Shown: one piece after another, positions 30,489 to 40,471 of the stretch
Layout of the letters: each line of letters starts with the position of its first letter
How positions within the stretch are numbered: position 1 is the stretch's first letter
Assembly: GCA_965602015.1 (NCBI GenBank)
Contig: OZ271918.1
Coordinates: 2,816,001-2,880,000 of the forward strand
Origin: Salinispira sp.
Lineage (GTDB): Bacteria > Spirochaetota > Spirochaetia > DSM-27196 > Salinispiraceae
DNA length: 64,000 nt
Direction: 5' to 3'
Notes under the pieces: generated by a model
Database searches by the model: none
What the model saw: only the letters and a program-made list of their open reading frames with translations
Told to the model about the DNA's origin: nothing
Made by a program: the position numbers and the translations under genes

Positions 30489-31823
30489 TTAGAGCTGGCT
30501 CCGGGTCCGTTGCCGAAGGCGAAAAATCTCCGAGAGCGAACCCTTCAATGTCATGGCTCCCAGGCGCTTCATACGGGCCGACGCGATAAATGCAAGGATG
30601 AGCATCCCTGTTACCCCCGCAAAAAGAACTCTTTGACTCCCCAGCCCATCCAGCCCTGCAGGACCCTGCAGTATGTCCAGGGCGATTCCCGCGGCATTGG
30701 AACCGATCACCCCGCTGATTCCCGTCACAAGAAAATATAAAATACCGTAGCTCATCTGCTGCTGTGGGCTGATCATCCCGAAGAAGTAGGTCTGAACCGT
30801 ATTAAAGGCGCCGGCTATCCCCATGTTGGCCACAAAGAAAAACACCACGGTGTAGGCCACTACCATCCATCCCGACAAGCGCCCGGTGAGCACCGCAGCC
30901 AAGGATGCGCCAAGCATGAGTATGATCCAGATCATCAACATGGGTTTCGCCCCGACCTTGTCCAGGAATCTCCGGCTGAAGAACCCCATGGCAATGGCGC
31001 CGAAGCTGCCGGCCACCGTCAGATACAAAACCCGGTTGTCCGGAAAGGCGTAGATGTCTTTTACATAGACGAGAATAAAGGGCCGAAGAATACCCAGCAC
31101 CATGCTCACAAAAATAAGGGCAGTGAAATATCGCCGGAAACTTTCTTCCGAGAGAATGTCCCGTATACTCTGAATGAGGCCGTGGTCCACGTGCCCCTCG
31201 GGCCGGGATATTTCAGGTATTCTTGACAGGCTAAACACCGCCAAAAAGCCCATGCCGACCCCAAGGGAGAAACTGATGAAGTATCGGATAAACGGGGCTT
31301 CTTCTCCCAGGAATGAGGCCACAGCCAGGGTGCCCAAGAGGATGGCAACATCGGTGACAATTCGGGATTGCGACAGAAATCGCCCCCGGTCATTTCCGTG
31401 ACTCACTTCGGTAAGCACCGGGGAAAAGCTGACTAGGCCGGCGCCCCGCACCATCTGGAAGAGCAGATAGCCTCCGACCACCATGGCGATGGCCAAAGCT
31501 TCCCTTCCAGGAGCAGAAAGGATCACCAGGGGGGCGAACACCACGGGCAAAATGGTGAAATACCGGGCGAACCACGCCCAGGTGAACCCCCTGACTATGC
31601 CGATCCGCGCGGACAGGGCCCGGCCGAGGGGCATAATAAAATACGACAGGTGAAAAAACGATGACACAAAACCGACCAGGGTCTTGCTCGCTCCCAGTCG
31701 AATAATAAACAGCAGGATTACATTCCCCGCCAGGAACTGAAAGGCGAAACTGTTAATAAATGAAAAGGCCATCCACCAACGGCGGCCTTGGGCCTGATCT
31801 TCTACGCTGTAATGGGGTTCCAT
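30489..31823 (-). CDS. MFS transporter
   Basis: About 12 hydrophobic segments; RGRF and DKVG.K loop motifs. Confidence 0.85.
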   Translation of the reverse strand: MEPHYSVEDQAQGRRWWMAFSFINSFAFQFLAGNVILLFIIRLGASKTLVGFVSSFFHLSYFIMPLGRALSARIGIVRGFTWAWFARYFTILPVVFAPLVILSAPGREALAIAMVVGGYLLFQMVRGAGLVSFSPVLTEVSHGNDRGRFLSQSRIVTDVAILLGTLAVASFLGEEAPFIRYFISFSLGVGMGFLAVFSLSRIPEISRPEGHVDHGLIQSIRDILSEESFRRYFTALIFVSMVLGILRPFILVYVKDIYAFPDNRVLYLTVAGSFGAIAMGFFSRRFLDKVGAKPMLMIWIILMLGASLAAVLTGRLSGWMVVAYTVVFFFVANMGIAGAFNTVQTYFFGMISPQQQMSYGILYFLVTGISGVIGSNAAGIALDILQGPAGLDGLGSQRVLFAGVTGMLILAFIASARMKRLGAMTLKGSLSEIFRLRQRTRSQL

Positions 31824-32001
31824 AGGGTCACTGTACCCTTGCCGGTTCGGTCTGTCCAGAACGATGCCTGCGCGGGCGCACAGGGTTGAACAAAGCCGGA
31901 TGTTACCCAGCCCTGCCTCTCCACGTTGCTGATGAGTTCGGGGCAGACCGGCGCAAAGATCATCTTGTATAAACGTTGATTTCCTACATTCAGCTACCGG
32001 G

Positions 32002-32412
32002 CTATAGGGTCAAGAGCACTCCGGCCCCGATCATCATCAACAGACGGTAGCCCCCGTCAATGAGATATACCACCGGTTTGGTAAGGCGGAACGCACCGTT
32101 GTTTATCTCAGACGCGGTGATAAGTCCGAGGCTCAGCAGAGCAGCCACGGCGATTCCACCGAGTATCGTATCAACTCCAGCAAGGTTGAGAACAGTTCCC
32201 AGGACATACACAGACAGGGAGTTGGCGAGCAGCCCGAATACCATGGCCTTCCCTGGATTGGCGTTTTTCATATCTTCATCAGTGATACCTTCGGCTTCCT
32301 GCCATATTTTGAAAAAAACCTTGGGACTGTACCAAACCATGCCTAGTATCAGGGACCATAGGATCCCCCCGGCAAGACCAAGCCAGTTCACAATAAATAG
32401 TGATGCGTCCAT
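32002..32412 (-). CDS. DUF1761 family membrane protein
   Basis: VNWL, G.VWYSP..F...W, IDGGY; GGAGG RBS before ATG 32412. Confidence 0.8.
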   Translation of the reverse strand: MDASLFIVNWLGLAGGILWSLILGMVWYSPKVFFKIWQEAEGITDEDMKNANPGKAMVFGLLANSLSVYVLGTVLNLAGVDTILGGIAVAALLSLGLITASEINNGAFRLTKPVVYLIDGGYRLLMMIGAGVLLTL

Positions 32413-32597
32413 AGCTACCTCCAAAATCTCTTCAGAATCCGAAAGTAAATATTACTGATAAGACTAGCTTAGTTCGAAAATCCGTGGCCTGCAATAGCTG
32501 CCGGAACTCAGTATCTGCGGCTGGTTTTCCTAAGCCGTTTCTCTGTGGTCCACTTCCCTTCTCTAAAGCGCCCCGCAAAGCTTCTGAACCAAAGCAG

Positions 32598-32625
32598 TTG
32601 ACGAAACCGCAAAAATCCCTATAAT
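32598..32625 (+). promoter_or_regulatory. Sigma70 promoter of tRNA-Pro
   Basis: TTGACG-N16-TATAAT, 37 bp upstream of the tRNA. Confidence 0.75.
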
Positions 32626-32662
32626 TGGGCTCTCAAAACGGACGGAGCTCGTCTCCGGCCAT

Positions 32663-32736
32663 CGGGCTGTAGCGCAGTGGTTTAGCGTACTTGTCTGGGG
32701 GACAAGGGGTCGGGAGTTCAAATCTCCCCAGCCCGA
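32663..32736 (+). tRNA. tRNA-Pro(GGG), CCA not encoded
   Basis: Acceptor stem CGGGCTG/CAGCCCG, anticodon stem CTTGT/ACAAG with loop CTGGGGG, T-arm GGGAG-TTCAAAT-CTCCC. Confidence 0.95.
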
Positions 32737-32741
32737 TAATT

Positions 32742-32780
32742 AAGCTCACGAGGTTAAATTGCGCCTCGTGGGCTTTTTTT
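32742..32780 (+). terminator. Rho-independent terminator after the tRNA
   Basis: GCTCACGAGG/CCTCGTGGGC stem followed by T7. Confidence 0.8.
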
Positions 32781-32826
32781 ACATGGGCCTGTCTAAACGG
32801 TATCCGACTGGAAAAAAAACACCGTG

Positions 32827-32878
32827 TATCATTCTCACACAATGATGTACTACTCAAAAATCAGCTGTTTTGGGGGCA
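32827..32878 (-). repeat. Partial (left-end) copy of the 1071-1218 element
   Basis: Reverse complement matches 1073-1094 at 21/22, and the 14-mer GTGTGAGAATGATA is identical at the same 16-nt spacing. Confidence 0.7.
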
Positions 32879-32965
32879 CTCAATACAGCTTGCCTTCCCC
32901 GGCGAAATTCCCGATGTTTGTCTCAAAGAAACCCAGCTTTGCAAATCCCGGCGTAAGGAGCATTA

Positions 32966-34357
32966 ATGGACCATTTCGACGTTATCTGGATAGGAACGGG
33001 ACAGGCCACCGCCACCGCCGTACCGCGGCTGTCTGCGGCGGGAAAAACCGTCGCTGTCGTGGAGCGGGGACGATTCGGCGGATCCTGCGTGAACTACGGC
33101 TGTACGCCGACCAAGACTCTGGTAGCAAGCGCCAGGGCTGCCCACATGGCCCGCAGGGGTCCGGATTTCGGTATCGGAACCGGTGAGGTCACCGTTGATT
33201 TCCAAGCGGTAATGAAGCGCATGAACGCCGTAAGAAACGAGGGATCTGAAGGACTTGAGTCCTGGCTCGAGGGAATGGACGGGGTGGCATTGTATCGGGA
33301 CCACGCCCGATTCATCGATGATCACAGCATCGCCGTCGGCGACGCAACCATCAGCGGCGACACCATGGTCATTCACGTAGGCGCACGAGCAATTGCTCCT
33401 TCCATCCCGGGAATAGAAGAAATAGAATGGCTGGACAGCGCCGGTCTGCTGGATTTGGCATCCCTTCCTAAGCACCTTTTGGTGGTCGGGGGATCGTATA
33501 TCGGGCTTGAATTCTCGCAGGTTTTTAGGCGTCTGGGCAGTCAAGTGACTGTTCTTGAGCGGGGTTCCCAGATAATGTTCCGCGAGGATGAGGATATCGC
33601 CGCATCGGCAAAGGACTTTCTCCAGAGAGAAGGCATTGTAATAAAAGAGAACTCCGAGATAACCCGGCTGGAAAAAACCGCAGCCGGGTTCACCGCCTTT
33701 GTAAAAGCGGACGGTAAGGATGAATCAATAGATGCGAGTCACCTCCTGGTAGGCGTGGGAAGGGCTCCGAACAGCGATTCCCTCGATCTGGGCAAGGCCG
33801 GGGTACACGTTGATGAGCGTGGATACATTACTGTAGACGAGTTCGGGCGCAGCAGCGCATCCCACATTTATGCCCTTGGAGATGTAAACGGACGAGGTGC
33901 CTTCACCCACAGCTCGGTGAACGACGGCCAGGTATTTCTGGACCATTACTTTCGCGGGGGGGACCGACGAATCCCCGACCGTCACCCAATTTATGCCCTG
34001 TATACCGACCCTCCCCTGGGCAGAATCGGGATAAACGAAAAAGATGCCGGAAAATCCGACGGGGAATACCTCATGGCAACCATGCCAATGTCGGGAATAT
34101 CCCGGGCCAGGGAAAAGTCCGAAACCGCCGGCCTGGTTAAAATCATAGTGGACAAGGAAAAAAACACCATAGCCGGAGTCTCCCTCCTCGGCGTGGGCGG
34201 AGATGAAATAATCAGCATGTTCGCGCCTCTTGTCTATGAGGGAATCTCCGTGGACAGTTTCCGGAAAATGGTGCTTCCCCACCCAACGGTCGCCGAACTT
34301 ATGCCCTGGGTTCTCGACAACCTGGCTCCCCTGAGCCAAAACGGAGCTGAGTCATGA
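32966..34357 (+). CDS. Class I pyridine nucleotide-disulfide oxidoreductase (MerA/RclA-like, no C-terminal CC)
   Basis: GGSCVNYGC.P.K, GGSYIGLE, GR.PN, ALGD, HPT..E. Confidence 0.88.
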   Translation: MDHFDVIWIGTGQATATAVPRLSAAGKTVAVVERGRFGGSCVNYGCTPTKTLVASARAAHMARRGPDFGIGTGEVTVDFQAVMKRMNAVRNEGSEGLESWLEGMDGVALYRDHARFIDDHSIAVGDATISGDTMVIHVGARAIAPSIPGIEEIEWLDSAGLLDLASLPKHLLVVGGSYIGLEFSQVFRRLGSQVTVLERGSQIMFREDEDIAASAKDFLQREGIVIKENSEITRLEKTAAGFTAFVKADGKDESIDASHLLVGVGRAPNSDSLDLGKAGVHVDERGYITVDEFGRSSASHIYALGDVNGRGAFTHSSVNDGQVFLDHYFRGGDRRIPDRHPIYALYTDPPLGRIGINEKDAGKSDGEYLMATMPMSGISRAREKSETAGLVKIIVDKEKNTIAGVSLLGVGGDEIISMFAPLVYEGISVDSFRKMVLPHPTVAELMPWVLDNLAPLSQNGAES

Positions 34358-34854
34358 GCGGTCCGAAAAACCGCATCGTGCCCGGACCTGGCCAGGAGTC
34401 GGTGTGGGATTATCCCCGGCCTCCTAAACTTGAAGCAAGCGCCAAACGAATACAGGTTTTTTTCAACGGGATGGAGATCGCATCCAGCAGCAGGAGTTTC
34501 AGGCTCCTGGAGACCAGCCACCCGCCGGCATACTATCTACCAAGGGCGGATGTCAAAATGGAGTATTTCCGTCCGGTGTCCAACCGGAGCTTTTGCGAGT
34601 GGAAAGGCCAGGCCTCCTATTTCACCGTCAGCGTCGCGAACGAAAGCGCCGAGGCCGCAGCCTGGACCTACGAGAACCCGTCGCCGGACTATCTGCCGCT
34701 CAAGGGTTATGTGGCTTTCTATCCGGGCAAAATGCAGCGCTGTCTGGTGGACGGAGAACAGGCTGTTCCCCAGTCAGGAGGGTTTTACGGCGGATGGATC
34801 ACCAAAGACATCGTCGGCCCTTTCAAGGGAGAGCCGGGAACCATGTTCTGGTAA
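34354..34854 (+). CDS. DUF427 family protein
   Basis: ESVWDYPRPP, LETSHPP.YY, CEWKG.A.Y, FYGGWIT, GPFKG. Confidence 0.9.
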   Translation: MSGPKNRIVPGPGQESVWDYPRPPKLEASAKRIQVFFNGMEIASSSRSFRLLETSHPPAYYLPRADVKMEYFRPVSNRSFCEWKGQASYFTVSVANESAEAAAWTYENPSPDYLPLKGYVAFYPGKMQRCLVDGEQAVPQSGGFYGGWITKDIVGPFKGEPGTMFW

Positions 34855-34875
34855 AAACCGCTTCCCGAGGTTCCG

Positions 34876-35949
34876 TCAGCCCGGGCAGTCCTTGATGTAA
34901 CAGAAATCCGGTCCATTGGCGGATTTGCTTCGAAGGTGGATCGATCCGCCGCGGCAGTAGATCCATTCAGAACAATCCTCGCAAAGACCGGTTTTTAGCC
35001 AGCTTTTATCCCGATACTCCTCAAAGCCCTCCTGCCAGACCTTCAGGAAATTATCGGTGAAGATATTTCCCTGATAATACTCCGGACCGTTGTTGTTGCA
35101 GCCGGTGATGGTGCCGTCGCACAGAATTGATGCGATGTTGATTCCCGACCGGCAAAAAAACGGCTCATCCCTGACCTGGGTATCCAGATCGAATGGCAGG
35201 TAGCCCTCGCAGCTGAAGGTGAGGTTTATTCCCCGGTTTTTATAGGCTTTGCGGTTTTCGGCAATCCATCGGACCAGTTGCCGGGACTGATCGAAATCGA
35301 GCTTCAGCTCCGGACGGGTTTCCGCCCGGCCCTTGGGAAAAATCCGGAAAAGGCGGTGACTGTTCATCCGGTTCTCCAGGAGAAAATCAGTTATGTCGTT
35401 CAATTGTCCCAGGTTTCCCGGCCACACGCAGGTTACCGCGTCCCTGACGGCGATATCGCTTTGGCCGATCAGGTAAATCGTCTTCACGATCCTGTCATAG
35501 GCTCGGGAGGAATTCCTGATGAAGGATGTGGATTCCCGGTTGCCGTCGAATGAAACGGTAATGCTCGCGATGCCATAGTCGGTCAGGGTTTGCAGCCGTT
35601 TTTCGTTCATGCTGATTCCGTTGGTGACCATTCCCCAGGGAAAGCCCCGGTCAGACAGGGCCTTGGTAATGATTGTCAGGTCCCGGTGGATTGTCGGTTC
35701 GCCCCCGGTGAGCACGATAACCGGAAGCGGGGAAAAGGTCCTGCAGAGGTAGTCCATGATTTTGATCCAACTGTCGGTGGTCAGCTCGTTCATGGACGGC
35801 GAACTCTCGCAATCCGAACCGCAGTGGACACAGCTCAGGTTGCATGTCCTTGTCAGTTCAAAAAACAGATAGCGGAGACTGGAATCCCGCATTTCTGAAG
35901 CTGTATAGAGATGATAAAGCCGTTGTCGGAGGGCAGCCATAAGCCCCAT
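34876..35949 (-). CDS. Radical SAM/SPASM maturase (rSAM/lipoprotein system; splicease-like)
   Basis: CNLSCVHCGSDC, TGGEP, TNG, S.DG; SPASM cysteines (CRSG, GC, CEDC...CRGG...C). Confidence 0.88.
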   Translation of the reverse strand: MGLMAALRQRLYHLYTASEMRDSSLRYLFFELTRTCNLSCVHCGSDCESSPSMNELTTDSWIKIMDYLCRTFSPLPVIVLTGGEPTIHRDLTIITKALSDRGFPWGMVTNGISMNEKRLQTLTDYGIASITVSFDGNRESTSFIRNSSRAYDRIVKTIYLIGQSDIAVRDAVTCVWPGNLGQLNDITDFLLENRMNSHRLFRIFPKGRAETRPELKLDFDQSRQLVRWIAENRKAYKNRGINLTFSCEGYLPFDLDTQVRDEPFFCRSGINIASILCDGTITGCNNNGPEYYQGNIFTDNFLKVWQEGFEEYRDKSWLKTGLCEDCSEWIYCRGGSIHLRSKSANGPDFCYIKDCPG

Positions 35950-35952
35950 CGG

Positions 35953-36363
35953 TCACCGTTCTTCCATGGTTACATCGATGGAAATATCTTCATCGCCATC
36001 GATGTCTTCCCGGGAAATAGTCCTGGTTTCCGAATCGAAATCCCCGAGATTCGCCGGGCCGTCGGTATCCCTCAGGGCAAGCGTGTAGCTGGTTTCGTAA
36101 TAATCTTCAATCATAAAATCCGCCTCGCCGGCCCAGTCGGTTTCGGTTTGCAACATCAGAACGTCGGGATCGTCGGCGGGCCTAACGGTTACCTCTAAAC
36201 CGGGAATGGGTTCGCCGTCCACATTGCGCGCGGTAACCGTACCGGGCTTCATCTCGTAGGGAACCCCGTACATGATCTGATAAATGACCCCGTAACAGGC
36301 GGTGAGAATCAGGGAAAAACTGCCCACCGCTATGAATCTCATGAGACGGTATATTTTATTCAT
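35953..36363 (-). CDS. Radical SAM-associated putative lipoprotein with YG motifs
   Basis: Signal peptide with lipobox LTA-C followed by YG, then MYGVP; acidic beta-rich body with D.DGP.N.G; 3 bp upstream of the rSAM gene. Confidence 0.82.
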   Translation of the reverse strand: MNKIYRLMRFIAVGSFSLILTACYGVIYQIMYGVPYEMKPGTVTARNVDGEPIPGLEVTVRPADDPDVLMLQTETDWAGEADFMIEDYYETSYTLALRDTDGPANLGDFDSETRTISREDIDGDEDISIDVTMEER

Positions 36364-36473
36364 ATTAACTCCCCCGGTGAAGTATACACCGTCCAGTTAT
36401 GCACTTCAATGAGGTTCCTGCGCGATCGATAAAACCTGTTCCCCATCCCGTCATATCGGTTTACAGTGGCAGT

Positions 36474-39400
36474 ATGGCGTATCTCACTCCCCGTTTTATA
36501 ATAAATAACCATGTTGAAGGCAGGAAAAACGGTGAAATGCGGGTCATTTCCCTCTTCCTGGACATCTCGGGTTTCACTGCGATGACCGACTCCCTTATTT
36601 CACGGGGCAAGTCGGGAACTGAAACTCTTTCCCAGATAATCAATTCGGTATTTAAACCCCTTCTATCGGTGGTGTACGCCGCAGGAGGGTTCGTCACCAC
36701 CTTCGCCGGGGATGCGTTCACCGCGGTTTTTCCCCTGGAAGGCACAGCTGTTCTGTCCGGTCAAAACAATCCGGACGCAAAACAGGTGCTGGCCGCCGCT
36801 GCGGCAATGCTCAGGCAGTTTCACGACAAGCCCCTTCACCGGACGCCTTGGGGAGAATTCCTTCTCAAGGCAAAGGTTGGGATAGGATGCGGATCTGTTC
36901 AGTGGGGTATTCTCCAGGATGATGATTCGGCAGGATATTACTTCCGGGGTCCAGGCATCGATTCGGCCGCGGAAGCCGAGCATCACTGCCAGCCCGGCGA
37001 CCTGGCCATTACAGCAGACCTCGAAGTCGATATATCGGAGGCCGGCTCTGAGCTGCCCCGCCAATTGGGTAATTACCTGGTGCTCAAACCGGATTTTTCC
37101 CGGGCAGCCTCCGCTGAGGGCGGGCTCTCCAACGATGCCCGTGCTGCCCTGGAGATCGGATTCCCTCAGGAGACCGCATCGCTTTTTATGCCGCTGCGCT
37201 TTCTCCCGGGAGGCAGCGGAGGGGAATTTCGGGAAATCGTAAGCGTGTTTATTTCTTTCGACGACCGTTCGATAGACCTGGATACCCTGTTTTCTTCGAT
37301 TACCCGCAATGTCCAGCGCAGCGGCGGGTATTTTAACCTCATCGACTTCGGCGACAAGGGCGGTGTAGCCCTGGTGCTTTTCGGCGCTCCGGTCAGCCTT
37401 GAATTCCCGGTACAACAGGCCCTGGATTTTACCTGGAATCTGCGAACCGAGGTGCCGGAGCTCCGGATCGGCATCTCCCGGGGTCCCTGCTATGCTGGCT
37501 ATGTCGGATCTGAATTGCGGAGCACGTATACCGCACTGGGAGGAGTAGTTAACCTCTCTGCCCGCTTGGCCATGTCAGCCGAAGGACCAGAGATCCTGGT
37601 GCAGGAGTCGCTCATCCGGGAAGTGTCCGAGGGTTACGGGTTTGAAGCGCTCAAGCCGCTCACACTGAAAGGTTTTGCCGAACCCCAGCCGCTGGCCAGG
37701 TTTGTGAAGCGCGAGCACGTTGCGTCGGGTTCCCGGGAGACCGGTGTGGGAAGAAGGACGGAAAACGAGCTTCTCAGCGATGCAGTTCAAAGGCTGGCTC
37801 AGGGCTACGGATTCGGCACAATTATTGTCAGCGGCGAGGCCGGCATCGGGAAGAGTCAACTGCTGTCCGATGTTATGTCGGGACTCGATGAGGCTGACCG
37901 ACCTCATACAATTTTTCTGCGCTATGACGATCTCAACCGGGGATTTTTGCGCCCTGTTGCGGACTACATCGGAGGAGTGCTGGAAGAGTACCAGATTGAC
38001 GATGCCGGCCGGAGTCCTGAGCAGATGCAAAAGGCATTCGAAAAGCTTCGTCTGGATTTACAAGCCGGGGACGGAGTCCCGGATTTTCTCATTAATGAGA
38101 TGAATCGCGCCCTCCCTCCGCTGATGTCCATGAAGGACGAATGGTATCCCTCTGAACCTTCGGGAGCAATGTCGGATTATTCACAGCTCGATTCCCAGGC
38201 CCAAAGCGACCGGGTTTTGGAGGCGCTGATCGCGGTCTTCTCCCTCATGGCCATTGGCAGTCCGCGGCTGATCGTCGTGGAAAACGCCCAGGACATGGAC
38301 GAGAGTTCGATAGAGCTGTTCAACCGATTACTGTCCAGGGCGAAGGAACTGCCGATATCGCTGCTTTTTCTCACCCGAAACGAGGATTTTTTTGCCCGCA
38401 TGACGGTTCCCAAATCCCAGTTCATCAGGCTTCAGGCCTTCACCCGGGATGAAATCGCCGAACTGGTCAAGAAGCGCTTCAAACTCAGCGGCAGCGGAGA
38501 TCTCATCGATTTTCTGGCGACCAGAACCGACGGAGTACCCCTCTACCTCCAGGAGTTACTGCGCTATCTCAGAGAGAAGGGACTGCTCTACACCGAGGCC
38601 GAGACTGTCCGCTTAAGAAGCGTCGATGCATCGGTACTGCCCTCCTCCCTAGAGGCCCTCATTCTGAGCCAAATTGATCGGCTTCCCCAAAAGACGAAGG
38701 CGGTGCTTTCCGCCGCTGCGGTTCTCGGACAACGGATTGAGCACCCGGTTCTGACCGAGATGATAGCAATCCTCAATGCTTCCGGCGACAAAAGCCTTCC
38801 GGCGGGGCAACAGGAGAACAAAGATATACTGGATGCCCTGGCCAGCGCGTCTATACTCAATGCCATTGACGACGGGGTCAGCGAGTTTACCAAAAGTCTG
38901 CTGCGGGATTCGCTGTACAAACTCCAGTTCGACCGGCGGCTTCAGGAGTTGCACGGAGCTGCTGCGGACAGCCTCCTGAGCTGTTATCCCGAAGACGCTG
39001 ACAGATCGGCACAAAAGGCTTACCACCTGGAACGATCCGATCGACCCGACGAGGCCAGGAAATTCTATCGGTTGGCAGCTGATGCCGCCTTGTATAATTA
39101 TCAGAACAGTCAGGCCATGCGCTACCTGGAATGTATTCTCGAGCTGTCGAATGACGACCGGGAAAAGGCGGAGGTCTACCTGGATATGGCTAAGATTCTC
39201 GAAGTCACCGGCGACTGGGATCAGGCCCGGAGGCGACTGGAACTTGGGGTCGGGCTGGCAACCATTTCCGGCGAAGAGGGCATGTATCAACAGTTTTTCT
39301 CCATGCTCGGCCAGATCAGTTTCCGAAGGGGAAACACCGGTCAGGCGAAGTCCTATTTCGAAAAGGCCCTTCGCCGGGGCGAATATGACCAGGTGACCGA

Positions 39401-40469
39401 GGCCATGGTGGAAGTCCGACTCGGTCTGGCGCGTTCCCTCATGCGGGAAGCCCGCAACGCAGAAGCGCTCTCCCGGCTTTTCGAATCCCGGGATCTCGCC
39501 AGGGAAAAGGGATACCGGGCCAAGGAGGCCCAAATCCTCTATCACCTCGGGCAGATTTACCGAAGCAGCGGCGAAAGCGAGCGGGCAGTCGAGGCCCTCG
39601 AGGAATCCCACCGGATGTTCGTCGAACTCAACCTCATCCGCGAAATAGCGAATCCTTTATACGATCTCGGGCAAATATATATGAACAGCGGCCGGCTGGG
39701 AGAATCTCGCGAGACATTTTCAAAGATTCTGGAAACCTACAGCCAGATCGGTTATAAAAGCGGACTGGCAGCCGCCCTCATTAATCTAGGCGCCATTGAA
39801 GACCAGGTGGGTAACTTCCAGGCGGCCAGTGACCATTACCGCCGATCCCGGAACATCGCCCAGGAAATCGAGGAAGCCCCGGCTCTGGGCTATGCCCTCT
39901 TCTGCCTGGGTTCAAGCGCGTACAAGGCGGGGGAGTATACCCAGGCAATCTCCTATCTGAATGATGCGTTCAAAATATTCAGGGATATCGACCTGCGGAC
40001 CTATTTCAGTTACCCACTTTCATACCTGGTCGCCACCAATGTGCGGATGGGCGAGGTTGATCAAGCTCTGGATGAGGCCCAGGAACTGCTAAAAATAATT
40101 CATGAGCTCGGTGAAGACGGTGAACACGGAAGGATTTTCCTATCCCTCGGGGAACTTTTTGAGCGCAAGCTTCCCCTAAGCGATAAAAACAAGCAGTCGG
40201 TAAAGCACATCGCCCGTCTGGCGGGAATGAAATTCGTCAGCGCCCAGGCATTGTATCGCAAGGCCATTGAGGAATCCCGCAATCCTAAGTACATAAACAC
40301 CCTCATTCCCGCCCTCTACAGCTACGGGCGGGTACTTATGGCATCCGCCGACCATGCGAAACGGGAAAGCGGTAGGACATATGTGCAGAGGGCGGTACGG
40401 GAGTGCAGAAGCGCCGGATGGGAGAGCTATCTGGGCAGAATCCTCAAGCAATTTCCGGAGATTGAATGA
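36474..40469 (+). CDS. Tandem class III adenylate cyclase domains + STAND ATPase + TPR (soluble-adenylyl-cyclase-like)
   Basis: FLDISGFT and AGDA (domain 1); DKG and YT.LG..VNLSARL (domain 2); Walker A GEAGIGKS; G.PL; long TPR C-terminus. Confidence 0.9.
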   Translation: MAYLTPRFIINNHVEGRKNGEMRVISLFLDISGFTAMTDSLISRGKSGTETLSQIINSVFKPLLSVVYAAGGFVTTFAGDAFTAVFPLEGTAVLSGQNNPDAKQVLAAAAAMLRQFHDKPLHRTPWGEFLLKAKVGIGCGSVQWGILQDDDSAGYYFRGPGIDSAAEAEHHCQPGDLAITADLEVDISEAGSELPRQLGNYLVLKPDFSRAASAEGGLSNDARAALEIGFPQETASLFMPLRFLPGGSGGEFREIVSVFISFDDRSIDLDTLFSSITRNVQRSGGYFNLIDFGDKGGVALVLFGAPVSLEFPVQQALDFTWNLRTEVPELRIGISRGPCYAGYVGSELRSTYTALGGVVNLSARLAMSAEGPEILVQESLIREVSEGYGFEALKPLTLKGFAEPQPLARFVKREHVASGSRETGVGRRTENELLSDAVQRLAQGYGFGTIIVSGEAGIGKSQLLSDVMSGLDEADRPHTIFLRYDDLNRGFLRPVADYIGGVLEEYQIDDAGRSPEQMQKAFEKLRLDLQAGDGVPDFLINEMNRALPPLMSMKDEWYPSEPSGAMSDYSQLDSQAQSDRVLEALIAVFSLMAIGSPRLIVVENAQDMDESSIELFNRLLSRAKELPISLLFLTRNEDFFARMTVPKSQFIRLQAFTRDEIAELVKKRFKLSGSGDLIDFLATRTDGVPLYLQELLRYLREKGLLYTEAETVRLRSVDASVLPSSLEALILSQIDRLPQKTKAVLSAAAVLGQRIEHPVLTEMIAILNASGDKSLPAGQQENKDILDALASASILNAIDDGVSEFTKSLLRDSLYKLQFDRRLQELHGAAADSLLSCYPEDADRSAQKAYHLERSDRPDEARKFYRLAADAALYNYQNSQAMRYLECILELSNDDREKAEVYLDMAKILEVTGDWDQARRRLELGVGLATISGEEGMYQQFFSMLGQISFRRGNTGQAKSYFEKALRRGEYDQVTEAMVEVRLGLARSLMREARNAEALSRLFESRDLAREKGYRAKEAQILYHLGQIYRSSGESERAVEALEESHRMFVELNLIREIANPLYDLGQIYMNSGRLGESRETFSKILETYSQIGYKSGLAAALINLGAIEDQVGNFQAASDHYRRSRNIAQEIEEAPALGYALFCLGSSAYKAGEYTQAISYLNDAFKIFRDIDLRTYFSYPLSYLVATNVRMGEVDQALDEAQELLKIIHELGEDGEHGRIFLSLGELFERKLPLSDKNKQSVKHIARLAGMKFVSAQALYRKAIEESRNPKYINTLIPALYSYGRVLMASADHAKRESGRTYVQRAVRECRSAGWESYLGRILKQFPEIE

Positions 40470-40471
40470 CG

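Noticed and set aside
32966..34357. Mercuric reductase merA, or the missing E3
   Set aside because: No C-terminal Cys-Cys, no metal-binding N-domain and no mer genes; the motifs also differ from typical LpdA, and it lies 25 kb from the E1/E2 operon.
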